From: Stegostoma tigrinum
Taxonomy: Eukaryota
Assembly (NCBI RefSeq): GCF_030684315.1
Contig: NC_081358.1
Location: 3,100,001 to 3,164,000, forward strand
DNA length: 64,000 bases
Direction of reading: 5' to 3'
The notes under the pieces are model-generated. The model searched no databases. It saw only the letters and a program-made list of their open reading frames with translations, and was not told the DNA's origin. Position numbers and translations under genes: made by a program. This document shows, piece by piece, positions 49,145 through 62,094 of this stretch (its first letter is position 1; the number at the start of each line of letters is the position of its first letter).

Positions 49145-51262
49145 GTCATTGTTGATGCCTGTTTGTTATATACTCATGGTAAATACTGAAGCAACATAAT
49201 TAGTTAATATTTCTTGCCTCTGCCTTTGCAGGTTCCAGAAAAATATTAGCTGGCAGCCATTCTATTTCCCAATGTTGTTACATTAATAGCTTAATGTCAG
49301 AAATGGCCTGGAAAGCACCGTTATACCCTGGTTTGCCGTTTCTTAAAACCTCAGCCGGCGGTTAGGGAACGGATTTGAACAGGTGGTTTGTTCAATCTGC
49401 AGGGACTGGCTCTGTTTCTCCGCACAGCTAACGGACTGAATCTCGGTCACATTAACCATATCTGGAAGAGAGGGTGGAAGATGTTTAACATCTGGAGCTT
49501 TGGAGAGTTTGTTTTAAACTCGACAGTTTCCAAGTTGTAATCCTGGAACATTTTTTGTAAAGTAAGGGCGGATTACTTTATTCCCACCCTGCCACCGCTC
49601 CCCCATATGCTAGCCTATTTAATCTCTTTACGCCTTCTCTAAATACAGTTTCTTTTTTAAACGATCGGAATCTTTAGAGAAATGATTGGACTTCGTAAAC
49701 TCGGGCGAGCGGTCCAATTTGAGAGCAGTTCAAAGCCGTCAAACCAATCGTTTCAAGAACAAAAACAAACTCCTCCAAAATAACACACATTTTGTGGATG
49801 AAATTTGCGCAATTTCTAACACAAATTAAATAACTTCTTCAATAAACTTGCCGAGTTATTCCGCGCCTCAAGGCGACAGTTGCGGTTTCCATTGCTACAA
49901 CGGTCACGGAACATGTGGTTAATTCTTGATTGCACCACGGGCAACGAGAGGCAGGACTGATGTTAAAGCGCCCTGGAGTACTGAGGTAAAAAGTGTACAT
50001 TGACGGATCTGGGCTACGCCCCTTGCAGAAACAGAAATATTGAGTATAACATTACAGAATTCGCGATAAACATTTACACAATACCAGTTGGTCTCAGCTG
50101 ACGCACTGCTTTTAATTTTGGGCACTAACATTTGAGAAGTAGACAAGGCTCAGGAAAGGGTACGGATAAGACTATAATCGAGAAATGAAAGTCTTCATTT
50201 ATGACGAGAGGTCGGGGGCGCTGGAATTGTTCGACTTACAGCAGTGTTGTTTAAAGGGGAGATTTATTGCAAAAGTCCAAACAGTTTTGATACAGTAGAT
50301 CAGGAGAGACTGCTTAGTGTCATATGGCCACAAAGTAAATTTAAGGTAATTGGTAAAATAACAAGGTGAGATGAACAGTTTTGCTTTTACGTAATAAAAT
50401 GTGAGGCTGGATGAACACAGCAGGCCAAGCAGCATCTCAGGAGCACAGAAGCTGACGTTTCGGGCCTAGACCCTTCATCAGAGAGGCTCTCGGCCCGAAA
50501 CGTCAGCTTTTGTGCTCCTGAGATGCTGCTTGGCCTGCTGCGTTCATCCAGCCTCACATTTTATTATCTTGGAATTCTCCAGCATCTGCAGTTCCCATTA
50601 TCTCTGATTGCTTTTACGTAATGACTTGTTATCAACTCCAAGGCGGTGTCTGAGAAGGTGGTAGAAACAGACTCAACAGTAAATTTCCAAAACACCAACT
50701 TGATAATTTTCCAATGAGAGGTGGGGCAAAAGGGAACATTTTTTACAAGTTGTAAGCAAAAATGTGAATACATTTTACATCAGGCTCTTAAATATTCTAC
50801 AGAATGATTATTTTATGGTTATGTTCTGTTCAGAGCATGGTGACAACTTCCTGTTCTCAAACAAATCTCCTGCAGTTGAGGAAACAGGAAATTATATTTA
50901 CTAACTGTTTAATCAGAACCTTAAGTCTCTTGCACTGAGTCTGGTGAACGGAGAAGCCACTGAAGTTCTGGTCATCCTTGTTCTGTTCAGCTGGTTGCAA
51001 AATTGTAACACATTTTACCTCAGCACCTCATTTAATTCAGTCTCCTTGGAAGCCTCCGTTACATTATCTTCTAAATAGTATAAACATGAAGGCGGAAACA
51101 GTGATACATTTTAAGATAAACTATTAATGTAATATTGGGAAATAGAATGGCTGCCAGCAAATATTTTTCTGAAACCTACAAAGGCAGAGGCCATAAATAT
51201 TACCTACTTACGTTGTTTCAGTATTTACCACCAGGATATACTAAATAGGCATCGGCAATGAC
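49145..51262. repeat. Diverged ~145-bp inverted repeat (49145-49289 / 51121-51262) bracketing ~1.8 kb
   Basis: Shared blocks ggtaaatactga, gcctctgcctttg, cagaaaaatatt, gctggcagccattctatttcccaat, ttacattaatag in opposite orientation. Confidence 0.85.
50396..50607. mobile_element. Inverted pair of Penelope terminal-repeat fragments
   Basis: Perfect 15-bp TSD ttgcttttacgtaat at 50381-50395 and 50608-50622. Confidence 0.85.
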
Positions 51263-53369
51263 ATTAAATAATTAAATGTTATTAATAATTTATGATCATA
51301 TCATAATGTGACAAGCACTTTTTTAAAAAATGAAATGTATCATGTAAACAAATTAATAAGTGGATATTATCCCTTCAGAGACCATAGAAAGCATTAAATC
51401 ACCATCTGACTGATTGACGTTTTCTCATTTGGGTGACACAGCAAGTCTAGTTTGCTTACTACACACATACCAGACAATAGCTATCTCCAACATTTATTGC
51501 TTAATTATTGTTTTGTTTTTGTCAAATATACTGGGATTTGGTGAAAAGTGTTGTTTTGTATGTTCTGCAGGCAGATCATCTCATACAAAGTGCATGAGGG
51601 TAGCAGAACAGAGTACAGAATACAGTGTTACAGCTGCAGAGAAGTTGCAGAGAGAGAAATCAACATTATCATTTTAAAAATCTATTGAAAAGCCTAATAA
51701 CAGCAGGGAAGAAGCTGTTTTTGAATCCATTCGTACTTACGTTCAAATCTAGCATTCTGTCTGTAATATGGTTGGATTAAGGGCCTAAACTATGTCAAGC
51801 TTTAAGAGGCCTTATAACATTACCAAAAAAAAGTATCAGTCTCACTGAAAGGACAATGAAAATCAAAATACCAAAGTTTTTTTGCATAGATAGGTGAAGC
51901 TACAATAACAACTAAAACCTATCTAAGGCATATGTCTTGTAATAAGCCAACTGACATTACAAAACACTTTCAAATAAAAGCACTTTACGATTTCTTGATG
52001 AGCAAATATGCTCCTTTAATCTGTTTAATGTGCAGCAACACAAGAACAATAACACAGATCAGGACTTACAAAATGGACGCAGCAATACAATCTGCAAAAG
52101 GGTTAAAATACTTCTCATTTTAGATTTTTGATTAGAAATTCACTGATGATGTCCTCAATTGATAATCTATGAAGTTTATCTCTTTTTATACTCATAATGC
52201 TTTGTGCAGGCAGCTTTCCTGTGCCATTGTTATCTGCAACTCAGACTTGATGCTTCACAGCTGCAATGATCATGTTTCTCCTAGCGCTTACTTACCATTT
52301 GGCTCAAAAATAAAGCCACAGAATTGCTTCTCTATCAAGGAAAATCAACCAAATCCTATTTCAGAAGATGACTTCATAGAGGCCCTGGTGGTATACATGT
52401 CCTTTATCTGAATAACTTTCCTTGAAAGAAGCTAAGTGTTTCTTTTTCTCCAAGAAGATTAACATGGACATCATCAGGATATTTTTCATCAAACATTTCG
52501 TACTCCTGAAAAACTATTTGCAACATTTTTGTGTGATTGTCATTTCGTTCAGGTTGGTTTCTGGTAAATCCATCCTTAGGCATAGAGGATTTAACTCAAA
52601 ACTTGACCCTTGGTGAAAGTGTTTCATCAACATCAAGTGTATCACCATCATTGGCTTATTTCGCTCTTTCTTCTCCTTTTAATCACATATACAGTTTACA
52701 ACAAACAGGCTTTCCTTCATTTTGAGTTAAAATTCATCAAATCTTTTGTGAGTTTCTTTCAAGAAATGAGACAGTGGCATGTAAAGCTTTACACATATGA
52801 TAAGAGTTATCCTTGCATCCTGTAAGGTATTGTTGGATCTGTGGGAGTGATCTAACAAATGATTCCAAGTTTCTGACATGGACACAAACTCTAAGTCCTC
52901 CATTTCTCCCCTAGAATATTAACTTCTCTCCTTGTATCATGTTTTTCGTGGTCATCAGTATGAAGATGAATAAGATCATCAATAATTGAACCAAAACTCT
53001 CAGCTATCAATGGAGCAGACTTTTCATTTGTTCCTCATCTAGCAACAGAGAAACATTTTGATTTAGATTTCTTGGTTGCAGAATGAGCTGAAATGGTTTT
53101 TGCTTCTTTATGTGACATTATACTAGCTTTCTGACTGCTTTTTTTACCCCAAACCATTTCATTCTAATCAACATTACTGTCATCACCTAAACCTGCTGCT
53201 TGATGCTACAATAATGGGGATTCAAAATGATTACATTAAAATGCATCAAATACTTTTCCTCATACCGCTTATCATACGATATTGTAAAGAGGTACCACAC
53301 AGGGGTTGCTTTCAAGCCTATCCTCAGGTACAAAAGTGGTCCAAAGAGATGAACTGTCATTGGTTCTCA

Positions 53370-54880
53370 GGTAAAGAGACTGCTAAAAAGTGGGAGGCCT
53401 TCAAAAATGAGATAACAAGAGTCCAGAGACATTATCTTCCTGTTAGTGTGAAAGACTGGGCTGGTAGTTGTACGGAATGCTGGATAATTAGGGAAATTGA
53501 GGCTCTTGTTGAGAAAAAGAATGAGGCAAATGTCAGATATAGCCAACAGGGATCAAATGAATCCCTCAAGGAGTATAAAGGCAGTAGAAGTATACTCAAG
53601 AGGGAAATTAGGAGAGCAAAAAGGTAACATGAGGTAGTGGTGGCAATTAAGGTTAAGGAGAATTCAAAGAGATTCTTAACATGTTCTACAAATATATTAA
53701 GGAAGCAAAGAATAATTATGGACTGAGTAGGTTCCCTCAAAAATCAATAAGGCCACCTGTGTGTGTAAGCACGGGAAATGGGGGAGATACTAAATGAGTA
53801 TTTCACATTGGTGTTTACATGGAGAATGATATGGAAGCTAGAGTACTTGGGGAAATAAGTAGCGATATCTTGGTAAGTGTCCATATTACAGAGAAGGAGC
53901 TGCTGGGCATCTTAAAATGCAGAAAAGTGATTACATCTCCGGGATGTGATCAGGTGTAACCCTGAATTTTGTGGGAAGCTAGTGAAGTGATTACTGGTTC
54001 GTTTGCTGAGATATTTGTATCATTGGTAGCCATGGGTGAGTAGCCTGAAGACTGAAGGTTGGCTAAAGTGGTGCTATTATTTAACCAATGTGATAAGGAA
54101 AAGCCAGAGAACTATAGACTGGTGAGCCTGACATCAGTGGTGGGCAGTTTGTTGCAGGGGATTCTAAGGAACATGATTTACATGTATTTGCAAAGGCAAG
54201 GTCTGACTAGGGATAGTCAACATGACATTGTGCATGGGAAATCGTGTCTCTCTAACTTGATTGAGATTTTTGAAGAAGTGACAAAGAAGACTGATGAAGG
54301 CAGAGTGGTGGACGTTTCTCTGTATGGGCTTCAGTAAGGCATTTGACATGGTTGTGCAGGTAGACTGAGTAGCAAGGTTAGAACACATGGAACACAGGGA
54401 GAGTTAGCCATTTGGACACAAAACTGGCTTGATGATAGGAGTCAGACTGTGGTTGTGGGTGGTTGCTTTTTGGATGAGAGGCCTGCGACTAGGAGTATGC
54501 TGCAAAGATTCGTGCTGGGTTCACTGTTTTTTTGTCACTTATAAAAATGATTTGAATGTGAATATAGGAGGCATGATTAGTAAGTTTGCAGATGACATCA
54601 AAATTGGTGGTGTAGTAGACAGCCAAGAAGAAGGTTACCTCAGAGTACAATGGGACCTTAACAAGACGGGCAATTGGGTCCAGGGGCGTCAGATGGAGTT
54701 TAATTTAGATAAAGGTGAGGTGCTGCATTTTGGTAAGACAAATCAGGGCAGGACGTATACACCTAATAGTTGTGTCCTGCAGAGTGTTACTAAACAAAGA
54801 AACCTTTGAGTGGAAGTTCATGGACGAGTTGGGCCGAAGTGTCTGCTTCTGTGCTGTATGTCTCTATGACTCTTTCACTC
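53370..54880 (+). mobile_element. Degenerate CR1 ORF2 fragment
   Basis: PENYRLVSLTSVVG, KSCLSNLIEIFEEVT, SKFADDIK. Confidence 0.85.
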
Positions 54881-55479
54881 TATGAGGAAAAGGTACAATC
54901 ATTTTGCGGAATCTGATGATGTTTGGAATGACCTCATTCCAAAATCACAGCAAGCAATGAATGGCTCCCTCTGGTGATGGAACATTGACAGTACATGTTG
55001 CATTTCCCACCAACGAAATAGGTGCGAGCTTACATCTGGTAAATATTGCCGCACAGTTCCAGACAACAATAAAAACACCTCAAAACATTTTGGTAATTTT
55101 AATGCAATAACAGTCCAAGGCAGTCACAGAAGTTTATAAAAAAAAGTGATATCACGTCAAATTCAGAGATATCCGAGACAAATGACCAAGAGCTTTAAGG
55201 GCCTGTATTGATGAGAGGGCTTAATATGGCATCTTTCAGGGCAAGTCAAAATCTCAGAACAACCACAGAGCAATGTAGCAGAGAAGAACTGCATTCAGCT
55301 CATCACCTATCACAGTTAATGGAACAATTTTTGGAACATGTTGTGATTAAGGATATGTGACAGTTAAATTGATAAAGCACACAAACTGTTCAAATAGCAA
55401 TATCTCAACAACCAGATAATCCTGATAATGTTGGCTAAGGGATAAATATTGTCCAGGAAAAGAGTTCTGTTGAAATTAT

Positions 55480-56595
55480 TCCACCCCAAGGGGATCCCCG
55501 TCATTCTCACACACCACCCCACCAACTTCTGGGTACAAAACATCATCCTCCGACACTTCAGCCATCTACTATCCGACCCCACCACCCAAGACATTTTTCC
55601 ATCCCCACCTTTGTCTGCCTTCCGAGAGATCACACTCTCTGTGACTCCCTCGTTCGCTCCACACTCCCCTCCAACCCCACCACACCCGGCACCTTCCCCT
55701 GCAACCGCAGGAAGTGCTACACTTGCCCCCACACCTCCTCCCTCAACCCCATCCAGGGCCCCAAGATGACTTTCCATATAAAGCAGATGTTCACCTGCAC
55801 ATCTGCCAATGTGGTAAACTGTATCCATTATACCTGGTGTGGCTTCCTCTACATTGGAGAAACCAAGCAGAGGCTTGGGGACCGCTTTGCAGAACACCTC
55901 TGCTTGGTTTGCAATAAAAGAATACACCTCCCAGTCGTGAACCATTTCCACTCCCCCTCCCATTCTTTAGATGACATGCCATTCATGGGTCTCCTGCAGT
56001 GCCACAATGATGCCACCCAAAGGTTGCAGGAACAGCAACTCATATTCCGCTTGGGAACCCTGCAGCCCAATGGTATCAATGTGGACCTCATAAGCTTCAA
56101 AATCTCCCCTTCCCCCACCGCATCCCAAAACCAGCCCAGTTTGTCCCCCCCCTCCCACTGCATCACACAACCAGCCCAGCTTGTCCCCTCCCCCCACTGC
56201 ATCCCAAAACCAGCCCAGCCAGTCTCTGCCTCCCTAGCCTGTTCTTCCTCTCACCCATCCCTTCCTCCCACCTCAAGCCGCACCTCCATTTTCTACCTAC
56301 TAACCTCATCCCACCTCCTTGACCTGTCCGTCCTCCCTGGACAGACCTATCCCCTCCCCACCTCCCCACCTATACTCTCCTCTGTACCTATCTTCTTTTC
56401 TCTCCATCTTCGGTCCACCTCCCCCTCTCTCCCTATTTATTCCAGAATCCTCTCCCCATCCCCCTCTCTGATGAAGGGTCTAGGCCCAAAACGTCAGCTT
56501 TTGTGCTCCTGAGATGCTGCTTGGCCTGCTGTGTTCATCCAGCTTCACACTTTGTTATCTTGGATTCTCCAGCATCTGCAGTTCCCATTATCTCT
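55480..56595 (+). mobile_element. Penelope-like element 3' fragment
   Basis: GIY-YIG segment CGFLYIGETKQRLGDRFAEH plus terminal repeat. Confidence 0.85.
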
Positions 56596-58129
56596 ACTAC
56601 CAACTGAACCTTGTCTGACACTAGATTTATAGGAGACTCTTGAAGAGGTCTAGGGGACAATTCTAAAAATTAGGATTCAAGAATCTAAAGGTACAACCAC
56701 TGATGGTGAAGTGAAGAGAATAAACTGGAAGATACTCAAGATTCCAAAATTAAAGGAGTAGAAATCATTTGGAGGGTCATAGGACATCACACAGTAACAG
56801 ATGGATGTAGTAATAGAGGGATTTCAAAACAAGGGTGAGAATTTAAATCAAATCATTGCTTAATCAAGAATTAATGCAAGCCGGTAAGCACATGGGCTGG
56901 TGGAAGAATGAAACTAGCTGCTAGTTAGGACATAGGCTGCAGGCATTTGAATTATTTCAAGGTTACAGAGGGCAAACCATGGAATGTGGACAGGAATGTA
57001 TTAAAGAAATCGTATCTGGAGGTAAGAAAGGCATGAATGAGTATTCCAGTAGCAAATGAGCTAATGCAGGGCCAGAGTTGGACAATTTAACAGTGGTGGT
57101 AATATTCGATTTGGATGATGCTGTGAATTTGAAGAGCTTATGTCAGGGTAAGGTTTGAGGCTTGTATAGCTGCAGATATTTGCTGAGGGGAGGTATGGAA
57201 TCTGAGGAGAGGGGATAGTTTGTGGCAGGGACTAATATTAATGGGTTCAGTCTAGCAAAAATAAAATTTTTTGTTAATCCGGCATTGGCTGTTGGAGAAG
57301 CAGAGTGGCAGTTTAGGGACAGTGGAGGAATCACAATATGTGATGACGTACTAGAGTATGGGAGTTGTAGCTTATAAAAAATGACATTATGTCTTCAGTT
57401 GATGTCACTGAGGAGTATATGAGTTAATTGTCCATCTACAAAAATATATCTGACCTCCTCATCACTTCTTTATTCACTACAGAATGGATATATTTAGTGA
57501 GTCAGAAAAATAATAAGTTTTGCAACAAACTCTTCAGATCTGGGATATGGATTGTTTGTTTGCTTGCTATTTATCAGTAGTAGCCATACAGCAGATTTCC
57601 CAAAGTCTCAGTAACTGCTGCAAACCCCAGTCTGCTATAACTGAAATAGCAACTGAGAGCAATAAATGAACTGTCATTAATCCCACAGTCAATAAAACAG
57701 ATTCAATTTTCAAGCTATTAGAAATAGTCAGATCAGTTAAAAAATCAAAAATCCTGCTCATTTTTTTTGTTGAATTGCTACTGTGTTATGATCCCAGATG
57801 AATAAGTATCCTGGAACTCAGAATGAAACCTTGCATGATAAACCACAGGTTGAATTTTACAAGAAAATAGCTAAGTATTAATTTCAGATAGTTTCATGGA
57901 GGTTTTCTTTCCATCAGTTCCAGTGATTGTGATGCTATATTCCATGGTTATGCACCATGCCATCATTGCACCAGCTCATGATATCTTCTGCTCACCAGTG
58001 TTGGAAGTAATCTGCAGGGGCTTCCCAGGATTCCTATTCCAAGCACTATATTGAAAACATAGCTGTGAACCAGGTCAAAAATATGAATTGCCCTTCATGA
58101 TTCCTATGTGTCCTCCCAAAATAGTTGAG

Positions 58130-59370
58130 ATGGGCAAGTTAACTCTCTGCTGATCAACAAGAACCTGGAGGATCTGGTTGACAGGGTGTTAGAGAAGATG
58201 GCCATCTCCTTTACTGAGGACTTACTGAGAAATACCACAGCACCAGCCCTACCAGTCTGATCTGAACCTACCAGCTGGGTCAGAGTAGAGTCTGTGGTCT
58301 GGAGAATTGTTCAGCAGTGCTGCAAGAAGGCTAAAGACCTTCCGTGCTCCATGAGAACATGTATCACTATCTTCTGTCTGCTACTTTCCACTCAATTTAA
58401 CTCTGCTACTGTACACACTCCTGGCCCTCTCATATTGCATGTAATATCTTCCTTCATTCACCCTGAACCACCTCAATCATCCTAGCACCCCCCCCCCGCC
58501 CCCAAAATCTTCCTTGCCCCTCACCTACTACACACACACACACATATATATACAAACATGAACAAAACTCTAGATGACCTCCATACTGCCTATTAACTCA
58601 CTCAGGATACCTCACTACTTTTACCTCACACACGATTACCAACAGCAGTGCCAGCTACTTACCACTCACACAATCCCTCCTCTTGCCTCATTCCAGGTGA
58701 AAATGACCCACAGTAGGGCAGAAAGAGCCAAGACAGGTGATGGGGTACAAAATAGGATTGCAAGAGAAACTCAGCAGATCTGGTAGCATCTGTGGAGAGA
58801 AAGCAGAGTTACATTTTGGGACCAGTGGCCCTTCTTCATTTTGTTATTTTTCCAGCATCTGCAGGCGTTTTGTTTTTACAGGTGATAGGATAGCTGACTT
58901 TCATCTCTTCACCCCCTATGAGGAGAGAACCTCAGTTTTAGCAAAAGATGACTCTTGTGGTCTCATGTCCCAGCAACCAAATGGGAATCACTGTCAATTG
59001 CTATGCTGTTTTCATTTTATATTCATCCCATACATTCTTAACATGCCTGAATCTCTACCCTTACTTTGCAGCTGATTTCCTCTTTTGTTTCCTGCAGATT
59101 CCAGTAGCATCTGTACAATCTCTGCCCTCAGGAAAGTGGCCCTACAAACCGCCATCTCCTCCTCCACCTCTGAGGAAGAAGCCACAGATCCCAGAGCAAG
59201 GATGCTCCCACACTCTCCACCAGTTCAGACTGACACCTTGGTGGTTGTTATAGCTAGATTGGAAGCAGGAGCATATGCTGGTGAGCACATCATTGCCAAA
59301 TCTCTGCAGATGTTTGAGAAAGAAACAGCCCATATTACTGGCACTCAGAAGACTGCCATGCCTCAGGTGT
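58130..59370 (+). mobile_element. Decayed Harbinger/PIF-type Myb/SANT gene (intron-containing)
   Basis: NLEDLVDRVLEK, RIVQQCCKKAKDL, acceptor ttccAG 58696 then VKMTHSRAERAKTGDG and LFTPYEER: motifs of the NAIF1/TSNARE1-like Harbinger Myb protein. Confidence 0.6.
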
Positions 59371-60274
59371 GAAGAGAAATTGTACTTTGGTCCAATGCAT
59401 GACATAGATGCTTGTTTTTGCACACAAAGAGTCCTGGTAGCAGCAATACAATGAAAGGTGTCAGTGCACTTCATAGCACAACACTGAAGTGGAGAATTCC
59501 ATTGTAGGTGGATCGTAGGTTTGCCATAACATAATGAGGTTGGTATGTTCTGACACCAATCTTCATGGACTGGGAGCAGCTATTGGGCACTTAATGCCCA
59601 TGGGTTTTAACCTGTGATGTAGGTCTATCAAGATGGAGGCCCAGAGGAGTAAGCAGAGTTGGATCCTCTAAGTACCTACTTTGCCATGCCACAAATTATT
59701 GCTGCCTGGTTTCTATCTGGCAATTGGAAGCATAGGAAAGTGAAATCAATGAGGCAAGATTACTAATGGCATGCAAATAGGACTCTCATTTCTCACTCAC
59801 AAGATTCTCATCGTGCCATCCAAAACTTAGTTGCAGATCAGATTATTTTTCCTTTGAAGTTGTGAATCTCACTATATTTTCCCAACTGACTTGTCATTGC
59901 CATGTCCTTCAAAGGCTGGGAAGATACCACACTATAAATTTATATTTTCAATTTGTTGACCATGATGGTCAGTCACTGAACATATTCACAAGAGCATTGT
60001 TAATATACATTTAACAAAACAACAAACTGTTTATTTTTTTCACCACACAAAAATTTAGATGTAAAAAGGTTTTATTATATATGTTAACAATAAAGACTCA
60101 TCTCTTCTGCCCTCAACATTATAGATACTTCATCTGCATTGAAGTGTCATTACTTCCACTTTAAAGATTATTGTTCAGAGAGCATGGCTGTAGTTGGGTT
60201 TCTTTCAGGCAAATGTCTACATGATATCTTAATGTCTCTTCAGGCGACCCTTAAACAAACTAATGCAATTCATG

Positions 60275-60945
60275 GATAACAAAGTGTGGAGCTGGATGAA
60301 CACAGCAGGCCAAGCAGCATTTCAGGAGCAGAAAAGCTGACGTTTCGGGCCTAGACCCTTCATCAGAAATGGGAGAGGAGGAAAGGGTTCTGAACTAAAT
60401 AGGGAGAGAGGGGGAGGCAGATTGAAGATGGATAGAGGAGAAGATAGAACAAAGAACAAGAACAAAGAAAATTACAGCACAGGAACAGGCCCCTCAACCC
60501 TCCAAGTCTGTGCCAATCAAGATCCTCTGTCTAAACCTGTCATTCATTTTCTAACCATCTGTATCCCTTTGCTCCCTGCCCATCCATGTACCTGTCCAGA
60601 TACATCTTAAAAGACACTATCGTGTCTGCATCTACCACCTCTGCTGGTAGAGGAGAGGAGACAGACAAGTTAAACGGGTGGGGATGGAGCCAGTAGAGGT
60701 GAGTGTAGGTGGGGAGGTAGGGAGGAGATAGATCAGTCTGGGGAGGACGGACAGGTCAAGTGGGCGCGATGACGTTAGTAGGTAGGAAACAGTGGTGTGG
60801 CTTGAGGTAGGAGGGGATAGGTGAGACCTCAAGCCGCGCCACCATTTCCCACCTACTAACCTCATCCCGCCCCCTTGGCCTGTCCGTCCTCCCCAGACTG
60901 ACCTACCCCATCCCTACCTCCCCTCCTACACTCTCCTCTACTAGT
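60275..60945. mobile_element. Penelope terminal-repeat fragments with a nested CR1 3' end (~60445-60645)
   Basis: Same repeat families as elsewhere in the window. Confidence 0.7.
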
Positions 60946-61946
60946 GATAGGCAATAAATGCTGGCCTAGCCAGAAATACCCTCATTCTGTGCATGAATAT
61001 ATAAAAAAAGTCCAAAATATTTAGGTGATTAGACATCAAAGAAATAAAATTATTTGATGGGTTTAAAACATCTGACTTTGTCAGGGCAGTAAAAATCAAA
61101 CGCAAGGTGACAAAAAGGCAGAGAAAGCATCACAAATCATAAGCAACAAAAATACAATCTCTCAAATAAACATCTTTCCTCATATTTCTTTGATCCATTT
61201 ACTTTTATTGCAAATGACTTAATGTATAAATTGATCCATTTATTTCAATCTACTAAAACAAGGCATGACTTGAAAGTTACAGACATTACATAACATGCAC
61301 CAGTAGTCAGTAGCTGCTGATTCTGCTACCTCAATTTTCATTTGTTGATTCTTTTCATCTCTTAATAAACTCCTATGTTTAATATTAGTAGTTTGATCAC
61401 TTAGAGCCCAAATTGCCTTGTGTAAGGTTTGGCCAGAGAGGTTGATGTGAATGCAATGTTGCAACAGTCTATTTCAGCAACACGCAGTCTTGCTCCCACA
61501 GTGAGTTGCATTAGGACCTTGTAAAGCCAAGTGACAGGAAACTTCACTAGAATCACTAAGGATGGAAGAGATAGAAGGGAAATAGAATGAAGGGCAAAAT
61601 TTTGAATATCAGGCCTGAGGTGGAACTTGACTTTTAGGTGAAAATTGAATACAATACGATCCAAAGCTGCAGACATAAAAAGGAAACATAGAGCTAATAT
61701 AATGAACATCAAATTATTTAATAAATTTGTACATAGAGTCTGCTCTTAATAATTCAGAGGTGCTTTATATGCTAAAGCATTTTTTCACATTAATTTGAAG
61801 TAAGCAGTGTAAACAAAAAAACTAAAACAGTTATTGTAATTTTAATTAAAGAGCAGACTTGATTTGTACAAGATTTGGATGAAGTTTATCACTTGCTTTG
61901 AGTTGCATTCAGAAGCAACCAGACTGAGACGAAACTGAGCTGAACA

Positions 61947-62094
61947 GAGTGATCAGAGATAATGGGAACTGCAGATGCTGGAGAATCTGAGGTAACAAAG
62001 TGTGGAGCTGAATGAACACAGCAGGCCAAGCAGCATCTCAGGAGCACAAAAGCTGCTTGGCCTGCTGTGTTCATCCAGCTCCACAATTTGTTAT
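61947..62094. mobile_element. Inverted pair of Penelope terminal-repeat fragments
   Basis: 12-bp TSD ctgagctgaaca at 61935-61946 and 62095-62106. Confidence 0.8.
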
